Positions 8,036 through 18,400 of a DNA stretch of 64,000 nucleotides are shown one piece after another. Source of the DNA: Puniceicoccaceae bacterium (GTDB lineage Bacteria; Verrucomicrobiota; Verrucomicrobiia; Opitutales; Oceanipulchritudinaceae); contig JBFOMH010000026.1 of the NCBI GenBank assembly GCA_040830765.1, positions 56,386-120,385 on the forward strand. The letters run 5' to 3'. Under the pieces are notes generated by a model. It was not told the DNA's origin. It did not search any database and saw nothing but the letters and a program-made list of their open reading frames with translations. Numbering within the stretch: the first letter of the stretch is position 1; each line of letters begins with the position of its first letter. The translations under genes were made by a program, and so were the position numbers.

Positions 8036-10063
8036 ATGCACGAAAACGCAAAAGAAAATCCTGTCCGAAGCTATTTATTTCATGAAATAAACTTCTTTTC
8101 GTTTGTCTTATTCTTCTGTTTGGGTTCTTCCGTAGCCTGGGCCGAGAACCTGGTCACCAACGGGGATTTCAGTACGGGTGACCTGACAGGTTGGGCCACG
8201 ACGGAGACAGCTCCGGTCACAATAACCCATGATGGAACGGAGGGAAACCCATCTGGTTCTGCGCTTCTGGCCCGCAACGACTCCAGCTTGTCGGCGAATG
8301 CCAACTACCTCTACCAGGTTATACCGGTTACATCCGGTCAGCAATACAAGCTGGATGCGGAATGGAAGGGGGACCTGCTCAATGGGGGTACGGGCCGCAA
8401 CTGGGCGGAAGTGTTTGTTTCCTTTGCCGCATCCCCGACAGCGACGCCCTCCGGTATTATCTACAAGAAGGCCAGTGACGGTGGTCCCAATGACCAACCG
8501 ATGCCCTGGGACTGGGAGAGCGTCCTGCTTTCACCCGACAACGGGGCGTCCCCGGAGGACGGCATCTTTACCGCCACTGGCGACTACATGGTCATCGGAT
8601 TCAACCTTGGGGGCCGCGCTGTTTCCAGCAACAACACCCAGCCCGGATTCTTCTGGGTCGATAATGTCAGTGTGTCGCCCTATCCACCAAACCAGGTCCC
8701 GATTGTCACCGACCTGGCGGTTGCGGGGGAGGAACTTTCGGTCACCGGCCAAGACGGGCCCCCGAATGGAGCCTACCAGATCCTGCATACCAGCAATCTT
8801 GCTGCGAACCATGCAGATTGGTCAGAAATTGCCATTGAAGCATTTGATGCGGAAGGCGGGTTTGCCTTCTCGACAGACCTGACGGCCAACCCGGCGAACT
8901 TCTATCGGATAGGTGTATTGTCCCGGGTCAGTTCGCCCAGCATTACCGTTCAGCCCTTCGACATCGCAACGACTGAGGGGAAGTCTGTCACCTTCAGTGT
9001 CAGCGCGGATGGCCTGGAGCCGTTGAGCTACCAATGGTACTTCAATTCCGGAATCCTGGAGGGCGAGACAGGCGATACGCTTTCCTTGTCCGATGTGCAG
9101 TTGGACGATGTTGGTGACTACACCGTAGTCGTCATGAACCGATTCGGAGAAGTCACCAGTGAGGTTGCCAGCTTGTCCATCATTGAGGACTCCGGGCTTG
9201 TTGTTGATGGATATGCCGCCATGAACGGCGGAACCACCGGTGGCGGCAATGCAACGCCGGTCACCGTCACCACCGCGGCTGAGTTCAAGTCACTCGCGGA
9301 GAACAATACCCCGGCAGTCATCATCGTCCAGGGGCGGCTCAATGTGGGATCGGTGAACATCGGTTCCAACAAGACGATTATCGGAGCGGACTCCCAATCC
9401 GGGTTGTATGGTGGGAATGGCCTTAGTGTCGATGGATCGAACTACATATTCAAGAACCTGACCTTTGGGCCCGCCGAGGGCGATGTCATGGAGATTTCTG
9501 GCGGGACCAATGTTTATATAACGAAGTGCGAGTTTTATGACAGCACGGATGAGCTCTGTTCGATCGTCCGGCAAGCCGACTACGTCACCATTTCCTGGAG
9601 CAAATTCTATTTCAAAAATCCTGACGGGCATTCCTTTGCCCACCTGATCGGGAATAGTGATGGCGCTACCGCCGACAGGGGCAAGCTGCATGTCACTCTG
9701 CACCACAACTGGTATTCGGATGGTCTCCGGGGAAGATTACCGCGGGTCCGGTTCGGATTTGTCCACATCTACAACAATTACTACAATGCCCCGGATTCCG
9801 GTTATTGCGTCGGCATTGGATATGAATGTCACATCCGGTTGGAGAACACGCATTTTGAAAATGTCTCCAAGCCATGGTCGGATTACGGAGGTGTGAATAA
9901 TGGAGAACTTGGATGGGCCAATCTCAAGTTCACCAACGCCAGCCAGCCGACGTTCATGCCGAATACCTACCCGACAATCTTTACCCCACCTTATTCCTAC
10001 ACCTTGGATGATGTGGAAGCTGTTAAGAGCCTCGTCACCGCAGGGGCGGGGAATACTTGGTAG
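8036..10063 (+). CDS. Multimodular pectate lyase (PL1) with N-terminal CBM-like jelly-roll and Ig-like domain
   Basis: Signal peptide; LVTNGDF...WVDNVSV CBM-like domain; PSITVQP...YQWY...GDYTVVV Ig domain; PL1 motifs GGTTGG, IGSNKTIIG, YVTISW, LHVTLHHNWY, RLPRVRFG, HIYNNYY. Confidence 0.85.
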   Translation: MHENAKENPVRSYLFHEINFFSFVLFFCLGSSVAWAENLVTNGDFSTGDLTGWATTETAPVTITHDGTEGNPSGSALLARNDSSLSANANYLYQVIPVTSGQQYKLDAEWKGDLLNGGTGRNWAEVFVSFAASPTATPSGIIYKKASDGGPNDQPMPWDWESVLLSPDNGASPEDGIFTATGDYMVIGFNLGGRAVSSNNTQPGFFWVDNVSVSPYPPNQVPIVTDLAVAGEELSVTGQDGPPNGAYQILHTSNLAANHADWSEIAIEAFDAEGGFAFSTDLTANPANFYRIGVLSRVSSPSITVQPFDIATTEGKSVTFSVSADGLEPLSYQWYFNSGILEGETGDTLSLSDVQLDDVGDYTVVVMNRFGEVTSEVASLSIIEDSGLVVDGYAAMNGGTTGGGNATPVTVTTAAEFKSLAENNTPAVIIVQGRLNVGSVNIGSNKTIIGADSQSGLYGGNGLSVDGSNYIFKNLTFGPAEGDVMEISGGTNVYITKCEFYDSTDELCSIVRQADYVTISWSKFYFKNPDGHSFAHLIGNSDGATADRGKLHVTLHHNWYSDGLRGRLPRVRFGFVHIYNNYYNAPDSGYCVGIGYECHIRLENTHFENVSKPWSDYGGVNNGELGWANLKFTNASQPTFMPNTYPTIFTPPYSYTLDDVEAVKSLVTAGAGNTW

Positions 10064-10322
10064 GGTAACCAAAGGCACAATCGCCAAGCCTATTGGAGAA
10101 GCCGTTTGAATAGTGCCGCCAGTGCCATAATCACTGGTAATCTGCATTATTAAACCCCCTCATATTACCAATCGGTAAATTCAGCCGATTGACTAATGGC
10201 AGGGATTTGGTCAAAACCGTAGCGGCGGGAGCTACACCCCAACTCCCAATCCTCGATTGGAGAGATCCATCGATTTCTTCCCATCGAACCAGTTCAAACC
10301 CTTCAGCTCCAAGGACCCCGCG

Positions 10323-11927
10323 ATGAAGAATCAATCTGCCTGGAAGTACCCCTGCCAAGGGGTGTGTCTGATAATCTTGTTATCCACCTTCAATCTGCCG
10401 CTGTCTGCAGCCATGAATCCCATCTGGAACAATGCTACCAGTCATGCCGAGAATTGGTTGAATTTGGGCTGGTTTGGATGGTTCAAGGAGACCTCGGCTG
10501 AATGGATCTATCATGCCGAGCATGGGAATCAGTATGTTTCCGGTACGTCGCAGGCGAGTCTGTTTCTCTACGACGTGGAAACCGCCGGCTGGTTCTGGAC
10601 CAGTAATTCCGTATATCCATACCTCTACCGGTTCGGAACAAACCAGGGCTGGTACTGGTATTACCGCAATGCAGAACCGGGCAACCGCTGGTTCAAGCGC
10701 ATGAGTGATTCGGCCGACCATCTTGAGACGGAGATGTTCGGTTCTGCCCCGAATGCACCGACCATGCTCAATGTTTCCTCAATTACCGCGACCGGTGCCG
10801 TGTTGACCTGGCGGGATCAGTCGGACAACGAAAGTAGTTTTGTCGTCGGCCGGTATCTGAATCTTTTTCCCACCGGATCCTTGTGGAGCAAGTTTGGGGA
10901 AGTCCCGGCCAATACGACTCAATATACCTTCTCAGGTTTGAGTCCCGATACCCTTTACACTGTCTATGTCCGTGCGGTGAATGACTTCGGGTTCGCGACT
11001 TCGACCAGTACGGCTTTCAGGACTTTGAGCCAGACAGTCGCGTTGGCGGCTCCGACAAACCTGACCCTGACCCCGCTCACCCTCAGCTCGGTTCAGCTTG
11101 ACTGGGATGATAATGCCACCAGTGAGACAGCTTACCACATTAGCTTTTCCACTACTGGTCCGTCAGGCCCGTTCACGGAATTGCCAGCCTTGCCTGCCAA
11201 TACGGAAAGTGAACCGCTGACTCAATTATCTCCGTGCCAGACCTATTGGATAAAGGTCCGTGCGGCTTCCGGGAATAGCTACTCCGACTATTCAAACACG
11301 GTCAGTGTCAACGTCGATACAACGGCGACGATAATCTTTAACAACAGTGCCATCTCACCATTTTCGCCCAGCATGGGATTTCCTACCTATGTCGGCTGCT
11401 GGAACAGTGGCACATTTACGGGAGGGTTGGCTATTTTCGACGACGACGGCAATGGCATCCTCGATAACGAATCCGGCAGCAATTCATATGTCTTCCCGCG
11501 GGAAGCTGAGCAAACCGCTCCCTTGCAGAGTACATGGACTTTGAAAGCCGGTCGGGCATTCGAACAGGATGCCAACCTTGTCTTGTTTTTCCGGTTCAGC
11601 AGTTGGGCCACCTACACGCGTGACCAGTACATCGCCGTGTACTTGAGGGTGTCCAATGGGATTGTCACTCCGGTTTCGATGCGCGGTGGTGACATGTTCC
11701 ATCCGGTTAACGGCCTATTCGGTCAGGAAGACGGCATTGTCATGTATGGTGCGGTGTTGAACAATCAGTTAAGTATCGATTATGGCCAGCTTCCGGGGGC
11801 GGAGGTTGGTGTCCTGCAAGGTTCAGCTTCCGCATTCATGGCCTTTGTCGCTCCGGCCCTGGTCAACCCGACGACGTACAGCGCGGATGTCTACATTACC
11901 TTCAATGTCCCGATATACACGGATTGA
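10323..11927 (+). CDS. Secreted fibronectin type III protein with N-terminal Trp/Tyr-rich module
   Basis: ATG 10323 precedes a signal peptide (ORF-track start 10257); two FN3 repeats (LTWRDQSDNE...GLSPDTLYTVYVRAVN; LDWDDNATSE...LSPCQTYWIKVRA). Confidence 0.8.
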   Translation: MKNQSAWKYPCQGVCLIILLSTFNLPLSAAMNPIWNNATSHAENWLNLGWFGWFKETSAEWIYHAEHGNQYVSGTSQASLFLYDVETAGWFWTSNSVYPYLYRFGTNQGWYWYYRNAEPGNRWFKRMSDSADHLETEMFGSAPNAPTMLNVSSITATGAVLTWRDQSDNESSFVVGRYLNLFPTGSLWSKFGEVPANTTQYTFSGLSPDTLYTVYVRAVNDFGFATSTSTAFRTLSQTVALAAPTNLTLTPLTLSSVQLDWDDNATSETAYHISFSTTGPSGPFTELPALPANTESEPLTQLSPCQTYWIKVRAASGNSYSDYSNTVSVNVDTTATIIFNNSAISPFSPSMGFPTYVGCWNSGTFTGGLAIFDDDGNGILDNESGSNSYVFPREAEQTAPLQSTWTLKAGRAFEQDANLVLFFRFSSWATYTRDQYIAVYLRVSNGIVTPVSMRGGDMFHPVNGLFGQEDGIVMYGAVLNNQLSIDYGQLPGAEVGVLQGSASAFMAFVAPALVNPTTYSADVYITFNVPIYTD

Positions 11928-12149
11928 TAGCCGTCATTCCCTCAGGCTACCGGGTCTGGGCTAACCTGCCCAAGGGGTAAATTTCCTTGCCCGGCTAAGG
12001 AGATAAGATTACCTTATCACCATTAGTACTGTAGATGGAATTGGGTCTGCATGGGTTCTATCGACGCCCAGTTTTGGGCGACTGGCCGCATGTGGCTTCC
12101 TGATTCTTCCTCAACAAACTCTCTCATCCCGATTATCGGACATATCATC

Positions 12150-15100
12150 ATGCATCGAAAAATCTTCCTCCTTCTTCTGCTGACAAACTGTTCCCTGATT
12201 ACCCTTTCGGAGGCGGCAACGGATATCCTCTTCGCCATCAAGGAGCAGGTCTTCGAGCAGAATGGCAACAATCTGGCCTTTGCCCCGCAGGCCTACCGGT
12301 TCTTTGCCGGAGCTGAGGGAGACGGCGATTTGACTGCGCTTACGGTCACTTATCCCGGCAGTGGAGGTCCCTTTCCGGTCCCGGGCTCCCCGGGGGAGTT
12401 TGGCCTCGAATCGCCCGACTATGCCACCATCGAGGAACTGAATGCCGTTTACCCGAACGGAGACATCACCTTCAGCCTGACTGACAATGGTTCGACCCAG
12501 GACCTGGGGCCCTTCAGCATTAGCGGAGATGCCTATCCGGTTACGCCCAACATTTCCAATGCCCTTGAATTCCAGGACAGTGACTACTCCCAGGATTTCC
12601 AGCTAAACTGGAATGCCTTCTTTGGGGCTGGTGACGAGGATCGGATCCTCCTTCAGATCTGGGACAATCAAGCGGATTCTGAATTGATTTCCTCCGGTTT
12701 CCTGGATGCCACCGCAACCTCCTTCACCATCCCCGGGGGAACGCTCTCGGTGGACCGGTATTATGACATCGAACTCCTGTTCATCAACAGCAGCACCGGA
12801 GCCACCAACCCGCAGACAGTCGTCGGCTACCTGACAACTACCCGTGTTCTCCTATCCACACATACGAGTGATACCCGCTTGTCGCTGTACAAATGGCGGG
12901 CCCAGCAGCAGCTTTCCTCGACCGGAGACTACACAGATCCGAATTACCGGTTTCTGTCGGTTGTGACAGGCGCTTCCAAAACAGTGGCAGGAGCATCACT
13001 CGATACACCCGTCTCGGATATATTGGCCTCCTATTTCCCATTCGGGGAGAATGCCTACATCCTCGCGAGCCCGTTTGGACCGAAGGAAACCCTGGATACA
13101 ACCTATCCCGCCGGCGAGTATACCTTTATTGTCACGGAAGACAGTGTTAATACCGCATACGGGCCCTTTAACTTGCCCGGTGACGACTATCCCTCAAATC
13201 CCCAGATAATAAATTTTGCCGAACTGCAAACGATTGACCCGAGTGAATCCCAGACCATCACATGGGATTCAACGCCCATCGGTGTCAGTTTCATTGAAGT
13301 GTTTGTCCTTGATGGGGACAATAACCGGATCTGGTATGAGTCCTTCGGTCCGGGTTTCACGACTACCCAGTTACCCGCAAACACAATATCCCTTGAGGGA
13401 ACCTATCGCCTGGTTATCCGGTATTGGGCGCCGAAAGTTACCAACGAGCGACCCCCGACCGCACTTGGTTACCTCTCCTCGACCAACATGGCATTAGGTA
13501 CCAGCCAAGGGGGAGGGGACCCTGTGATTGAGCTGGCCTATGTCGTCAAGACGCAGAATTTCAGTCAGGAAGGAAGCGCTGCTCCTCAGGCCCCTTATTC
13601 ATGGAGCATGAATGCCGGCTTGTCCGGCAGTGACAACATCGTTTCGGCTTCTTTTGTCCATCCATCCGGAACCGATGTGCTTGATGGCTTCGAAGGCGAG
13701 TACGATTTGGACGGTATGGATTATGGGAGTCAGTCTGAACTCGATTCAGTCTATCCGGACGGGGAGTTTGACTTACTCGTTTCCACTGGTGGTCCTTCAC
13801 AATCACTGGGTCCATTCCAGATTACGGGCAGTGCTTACCCCAATGCGCCGCATATCCAGAACGCACTTGATCTGGAAACACATGACCTCACCCAGGACTT
13901 TGAGCTGACATGGAATGCGTTTAGCTCCGCTGACGAATTTGATGAGATATTGGTCGAGGTATATGATGAGACGTTGGATGAGGGCGTTATTTTCGAGCGA
14001 TTGGCCCCAACAGCCACTTCGTTTGTCATACCCGGCAACCAGTTGCAGCCGGACCGGTATTACGAGATCATTGTTTTATTCGTCAACCGGGTCGACGCCC
14101 TCGATTCGCCGGAGGCGATCATCGGCTACCTTTCCGTAACGGAATTCAGGCTCTCCACCCATACCAGTGACACGGACATTTTGTTTTACAAGCGACATCA
14201 ACTTGAGCAAACGGGTGTCGACCAATTGGAGGATCTGGGTTACGCTCAGCTGGTCTTTGTTCGCGGCAACTCCAGGAGTGTCGATTACGGGGAGTTGTTT
14301 ACACCGCTTTCCATAACTCCCTTGATAAATACAGCCCCCAACACCTTGATTCTCGCTCCCGGATTTGGACCGAAGGAGGTCATGGATGCGGATTATCCGG
14401 CAGGTGAATACGGTATCGGTCTGAACGAAGACGGACAGTACACTTACTACGGGCCTTACGTGCTTTCAGAGGATGCTTATCCGGAAGCACCTCTCTTTCA
14501 GAATTTCAGTGAGTTGCAAAACGTCGACGCCAGTCAGGAGCAACAAATCAACTGGAGCGCTTCTCCGGATGGGGTGGGTGCTGTCACTCTGCAAATCCGG
14601 GATGCTTCATTCAGAGTGATTTGGTCGGAGACATTGCCTCCAGAAGCGACCGGCACGGTGATTCCGGCAAGTACCTTGTCGAAGAGCAGCAGCTACAGGT
14701 TTTCTTTGCAGTTCTGGGTGGAATCATCTGGAAGTGAGATGCCCGATGCCAGTGTTGGTTATGGAACGATCACCCGGATCAATGTTCAAACCCTTCCGTA
14801 CTCGGCTGCCTACGCTTCCTGGCTGACCCAGTATTTCTCGGCGGAGCAGATCGCAGACCTTGCCATCGTTGGCGAGATGGTGGACTACGACGGGGACAAG
14901 CTGAACAACTACTTTGAGTTCCTGGCTCAATTCGATCCGACGGACAATACCTCAACGCTTACGGTTGATTTCTCTTTCGGCGTCTCGGATATGTTGAGAG
15001 TCAGCCCGCTGGCAGTCGGGCTTCCGCTGGAAGTTCAATCCAGTACAAATCTTGTCGACTGGAATCCGGTTGGGGCCGAGTCGTACGAGATCATTGGTGA

Positions 15101-15167
15101 GGAACTTCAACTGGATCTGCAGCCGTTCCTGCCCGATACCTTCTTCCGGATCGTGCTGACTGAATAA
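12150..15167 (+). CDS. Large secreted acidic protein with four internal ~210-aa repeats and a Verrucomicrobia-type C-terminal module
   Basis: Signal peptide from ATG 12150; repeated YPxG...GP(F/Y)...YP...W motifs; tail YASW...DYDGDKLNNYFEF...SSTNLVDW...FFRI. Confidence 0.8.
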   Translation: MHRKIFLLLLLTNCSLITLSEAATDILFAIKEQVFEQNGNNLAFAPQAYRFFAGAEGDGDLTALTVTYPGSGGPFPVPGSPGEFGLESPDYATIEELNAVYPNGDITFSLTDNGSTQDLGPFSISGDAYPVTPNISNALEFQDSDYSQDFQLNWNAFFGAGDEDRILLQIWDNQADSELISSGFLDATATSFTIPGGTLSVDRYYDIELLFINSSTGATNPQTVVGYLTTTRVLLSTHTSDTRLSLYKWRAQQQLSSTGDYTDPNYRFLSVVTGASKTVAGASLDTPVSDILASYFPFGENAYILASPFGPKETLDTTYPAGEYTFIVTEDSVNTAYGPFNLPGDDYPSNPQIINFAELQTIDPSESQTITWDSTPIGVSFIEVFVLDGDNNRIWYESFGPGFTTTQLPANTISLEGTYRLVIRYWAPKVTNERPPTALGYLSSTNMALGTSQGGGDPVIELAYVVKTQNFSQEGSAAPQAPYSWSMNAGLSGSDNIVSASFVHPSGTDVLDGFEGEYDLDGMDYGSQSELDSVYPDGEFDLLVSTGGPSQSLGPFQITGSAYPNAPHIQNALDLETHDLTQDFELTWNAFSSADEFDEILVEVYDETLDEGVIFERLAPTATSFVIPGNQLQPDRYYEIIVLFVNRVDALDSPEAIIGYLSVTEFRLSTHTSDTDILFYKRHQLEQTGVDQLEDLGYAQLVFVRGNSRSVDYGELFTPLSITPLINTAPNTLILAPGFGPKEVMDADYPAGEYGIGLNEDGQYTYYGPYVLSEDAYPEAPLFQNFSELQNVDASQEQQINWSASPDGVGAVTLQIRDASFRVIWSETLPPEATGTVIPASTLSKSSSYRFSLQFWVESSGSEMPDASVGYGTITRINVQTLPYSAAYASWLTQYFSAEQIADLAIVGEMVDYDGDKLNNYFEFLAQFDPTDNTSTLTVDFSFGVSDMLRVSPLAVGLPLEVQSSTNLVDWNPVGAESYEIIGEELQLDLQPFLPDTFFRIVLTE

Positions 15168-15410
15168 GCGCCCTGAGGTATTTGAAGTGAGAGACTCACG
15201 TCTTCTTACCCGTACTCACCTGATGTTGGGGAAAGCGTCTAAACAGCCGGGGTGGGGGACAAGCCAATCCAAACACTGTCGAATCGCTCGACCACGATGC
15301 ACTTTGACAAGGTTGGTTCGTGAGTTGGATCCTGGCTTGAGTCTATGGGAATGCGTTATTCCAATAGTAAATTCTGCCTGACTTGCAGGCCTGGCAGTCA
15401 GGTAATTTGG

Positions 15411-18400
15411 CTAGAGTCGTCCACTGATTCCAATCGTGAAGTTAATCCCGTATGAACTCGTCTCGCTCCGGCCGACCAATTGTCCGTAATACGGGAGTTC
15501 TCCTCCATCTGCCAAAATATAGGTATCCAAAGGATTGCTCTCAGTAATGTTACGTGCCGAAAAGTCGACCGACAGGTTTTTCGTGATGCGAAAGGATGCT
15601 GTTAAATCCAGGCGCAGATCTGCCGGCGATACCCTCTTTATCTCACGTAATTCACTTGCAGGTATTGGATCATCCAGTGTTCCGGGCTGGTACCAAGCCG
15701 GATTTCCGATGCGTGGATCGCTCCAGATAATCCCATCTAAAAGGTCTCTTGTGCGCTCGTTGCGCCAGGTAAAGTTAAGCTGAACCTGGAGGCGCTTGTA
15801 GCTGATACTGACCCCTCCAGATGCATTGAGCTCCGGAGAGCGGTCTTCTTCTATGTCGAGTAGATCCGATTCATTTTCCGCAATCTTCACGTCTTCAAAC
15901 CGCTGGGATAGGGAACCATACAAGTAGACATGTTTGCCCCAAATGCCCAGGAAACTCAAGTCGTGCCGAGCCTCGAGTTCATATCCATAATTAATGAAGG
16001 TGCTCAAGGAAGTAATGTCAGAGGAAACCTCCCATTCCTCATCCCAATACTCGGAGCCGGGACCGTAGCCCAGATCTCCCATGAGGAACTCCCAGTTCTC
16101 CCTGTCGGTCGAGGGCAAGAAGGTGACATTCACAGCCCGGTTTTTCTCCGTGTCATAAAATCCGTTCATGGAGAATTTGCCCCCGGTTGTGGTGTAGTAG
16201 GTCAAACCGGCATTCCAGGAGACGGTCCTCGCGATATCCAGATTCGGATTTGTTACCCTGAGTTCACCACCATATCCGCTTTCATCGGAGATGAAGTCAA
16301 ACCTGCGAAGGGTTCCTCCAGCTCCACCGGAACTTTCAAATGGGGGATTGGAGTAGCTGATTGACCACGATGCCCGCGCAACCAGCTTTTCCGTAATGTC
16401 AAAGGACGCGCTGATGATGGGTTGGGGCTGCCCTCGGGAAGCTTCATTTATCTGGAAATCCTTTACGTACTCAAGCTGTGTTGCCCGCAATGTGCGAGGC
16501 TGCACCCTCTGGTAATCGGCAGCTGAAAAGAGCGTACCGTCCGCATAGATGGCGCCCAGTTGCTCGAAGTAACCATAGAAGGTGGCGAAATTTGCCCGTA
16601 ATGCGGGGTCCGAGATGGAATCCAAACCGGGTCGCGTCGTCACGTCCATGAAATCGGGGGTGATGTCTTCAAATCCCGGAGCTAGATCAAGATCCTCTGG
16701 CCATGCCTCGATTACATCTGGAAACCCGTCCTGGTTCTCATCCCGAGGGTAAAAAAGCCGTCTCCAGCGACGGTTTATGGTGGGATTATTCCCTGCTCGC
16801 TCCCTTTCAGTGTAGCGGAACCCTCCAATAACGGATAGGCGTCCTTCAAAGAAGTCCCCCTCCAGTTGGGCGTATACCGCAGTTTTTGTCTCCAGGATGG
16901 CTTTTGAGGTATTCACCTCCTCTATGTAGTTACTTGCAGCTACGGAACGTTCTGTTCCTGAACCACCAAGCGGGACATCATCGTTTGTGTCACTGAATGC
17001 GCCCGGATTATTAATATGATAACTATACAGCTTGAATACGTCTGGCCATTCCAACGGATTTAAGCCAAATCCGGGATCGACTCCGGCATAGGTCTCATCC
17101 CGGAAGTCGTCGATATCCAACGGAGCGTTTTCCTCCTCGCCGACATAGAGGAATTGGTAGTTTGAACCTCGACCAAACTTGCGCTCATCCCGTTCCTCCC
17201 AGTCTGCACCGGCTTTCACGGCAAGGTTCATAAATCCGATCGGCAGAAAGTCGAGGTCCCGCCTCACATCAAATTTTACCGAATGAACTTCACTCAAGGA
17301 GTTGATTCCTGCAGCACGGACTTTCAAGGTCGCTGCTGTTGGATCCTCCGGGTCATAGTTGGCAATCCCGTAGTTTGTGAGATCGGCAATATCAACCTGT
17401 TCCCGATCCACCACATTCCCCTCTTCGTCCAAGATATCGCGGTAGTGATAGATATTCTGGGGTACGCCTAGATCATCGATTTCCAGAAACTCTGTAAAAT
17501 CGATTCCGCCCATGGACAGTTCGACAACTGAAAAATGACCTTTCTCCGCCGTGTTAATGTCACTCTCGGATCGAGAGTAGCTGTAATGGGCTCTTACGTT
17601 CCAAGGCCCCCTGATATACTGGGCCCTGATATATGCAGTTTGAGAGATCCCTTCACGACTAAATGCATCGGTATCCAGCCGGACACCTCCCGTATCGCTG
17701 AATACAAAGTCTTCTCCGAATACCGTAGGGGCCCCGATCGTTTGATGAACCCGGCGCTTGGCGTCCTGGTCCTCAAAGGTGGAGACGCTGTAGTTCGTCG
17801 TCAGGAGAAGTCCTTTCAGAGGACGCCAGTCCAATTTGATTCCCCCGGAAAGCTTTCTGGAAATCCTTGGTGAATCAGTAACTTGAACACGACTGATATA
17901 CGGATGGGCATAATCCCGTAGTACGCGACCAACCTCTTCGCCATCCCGGTTCACGAAAATGGGTAATTGGTTGTAGTTCTCAATGTCTTCCGGTGCCCAT
18001 GCTCCAAGGTTGTTACCCTCACGGTCATACCGGGGAAGCCGCTTTACTTTTTCCAGGACCTCTTCCAGTCGCGATTCCGGCACACCGGCTGCCGTATACA
18101 TCTGCACGAACTCTTCTTCCGTCCAGTTTGTCCAGTCGGCTCCATAGGTATCCTGCCACTGGTTGAACTGAGGATCGTTGACAAGCCAATAGGTGCGGTC
18201 TCCAAATACCGTCTCGTCTGCTTCCCGTTCAACCGGATGCCAGCCTTCCGGACTCCTGCTCACATTGACCCTGAGGCGATCATTCTCACTAGCCTGGTTC
18301 GCGCTCGCAAGGGTGAAGGTAAGGCCGATTTTATCATTCAAGGGAAGTGCATAAGTAAGATCCGCGTTGGGGAGGATCTTGTAAGTCTGTTTGTTCATCG

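Noticed and set aside
10064..10322. Several small hairpins in a long intergenic region; possible riboswitch
   Set aside because: I could not match the conserved core of any riboswitch class I know; an Rfam scan is needed
12002..12018. GATAAG-N5-CTTATC inverted repeat upstream of the repeat-protein gene
   Set aside because: Single occurrence; cannot be distinguished from chance
15168..15410. Intergenic region between convergent genes with a 64-aa ORF and hairpins; possible sRNA or peptide
   Set aside because: No RBS or motif support; the hairpins are adequately explained as terminator elements
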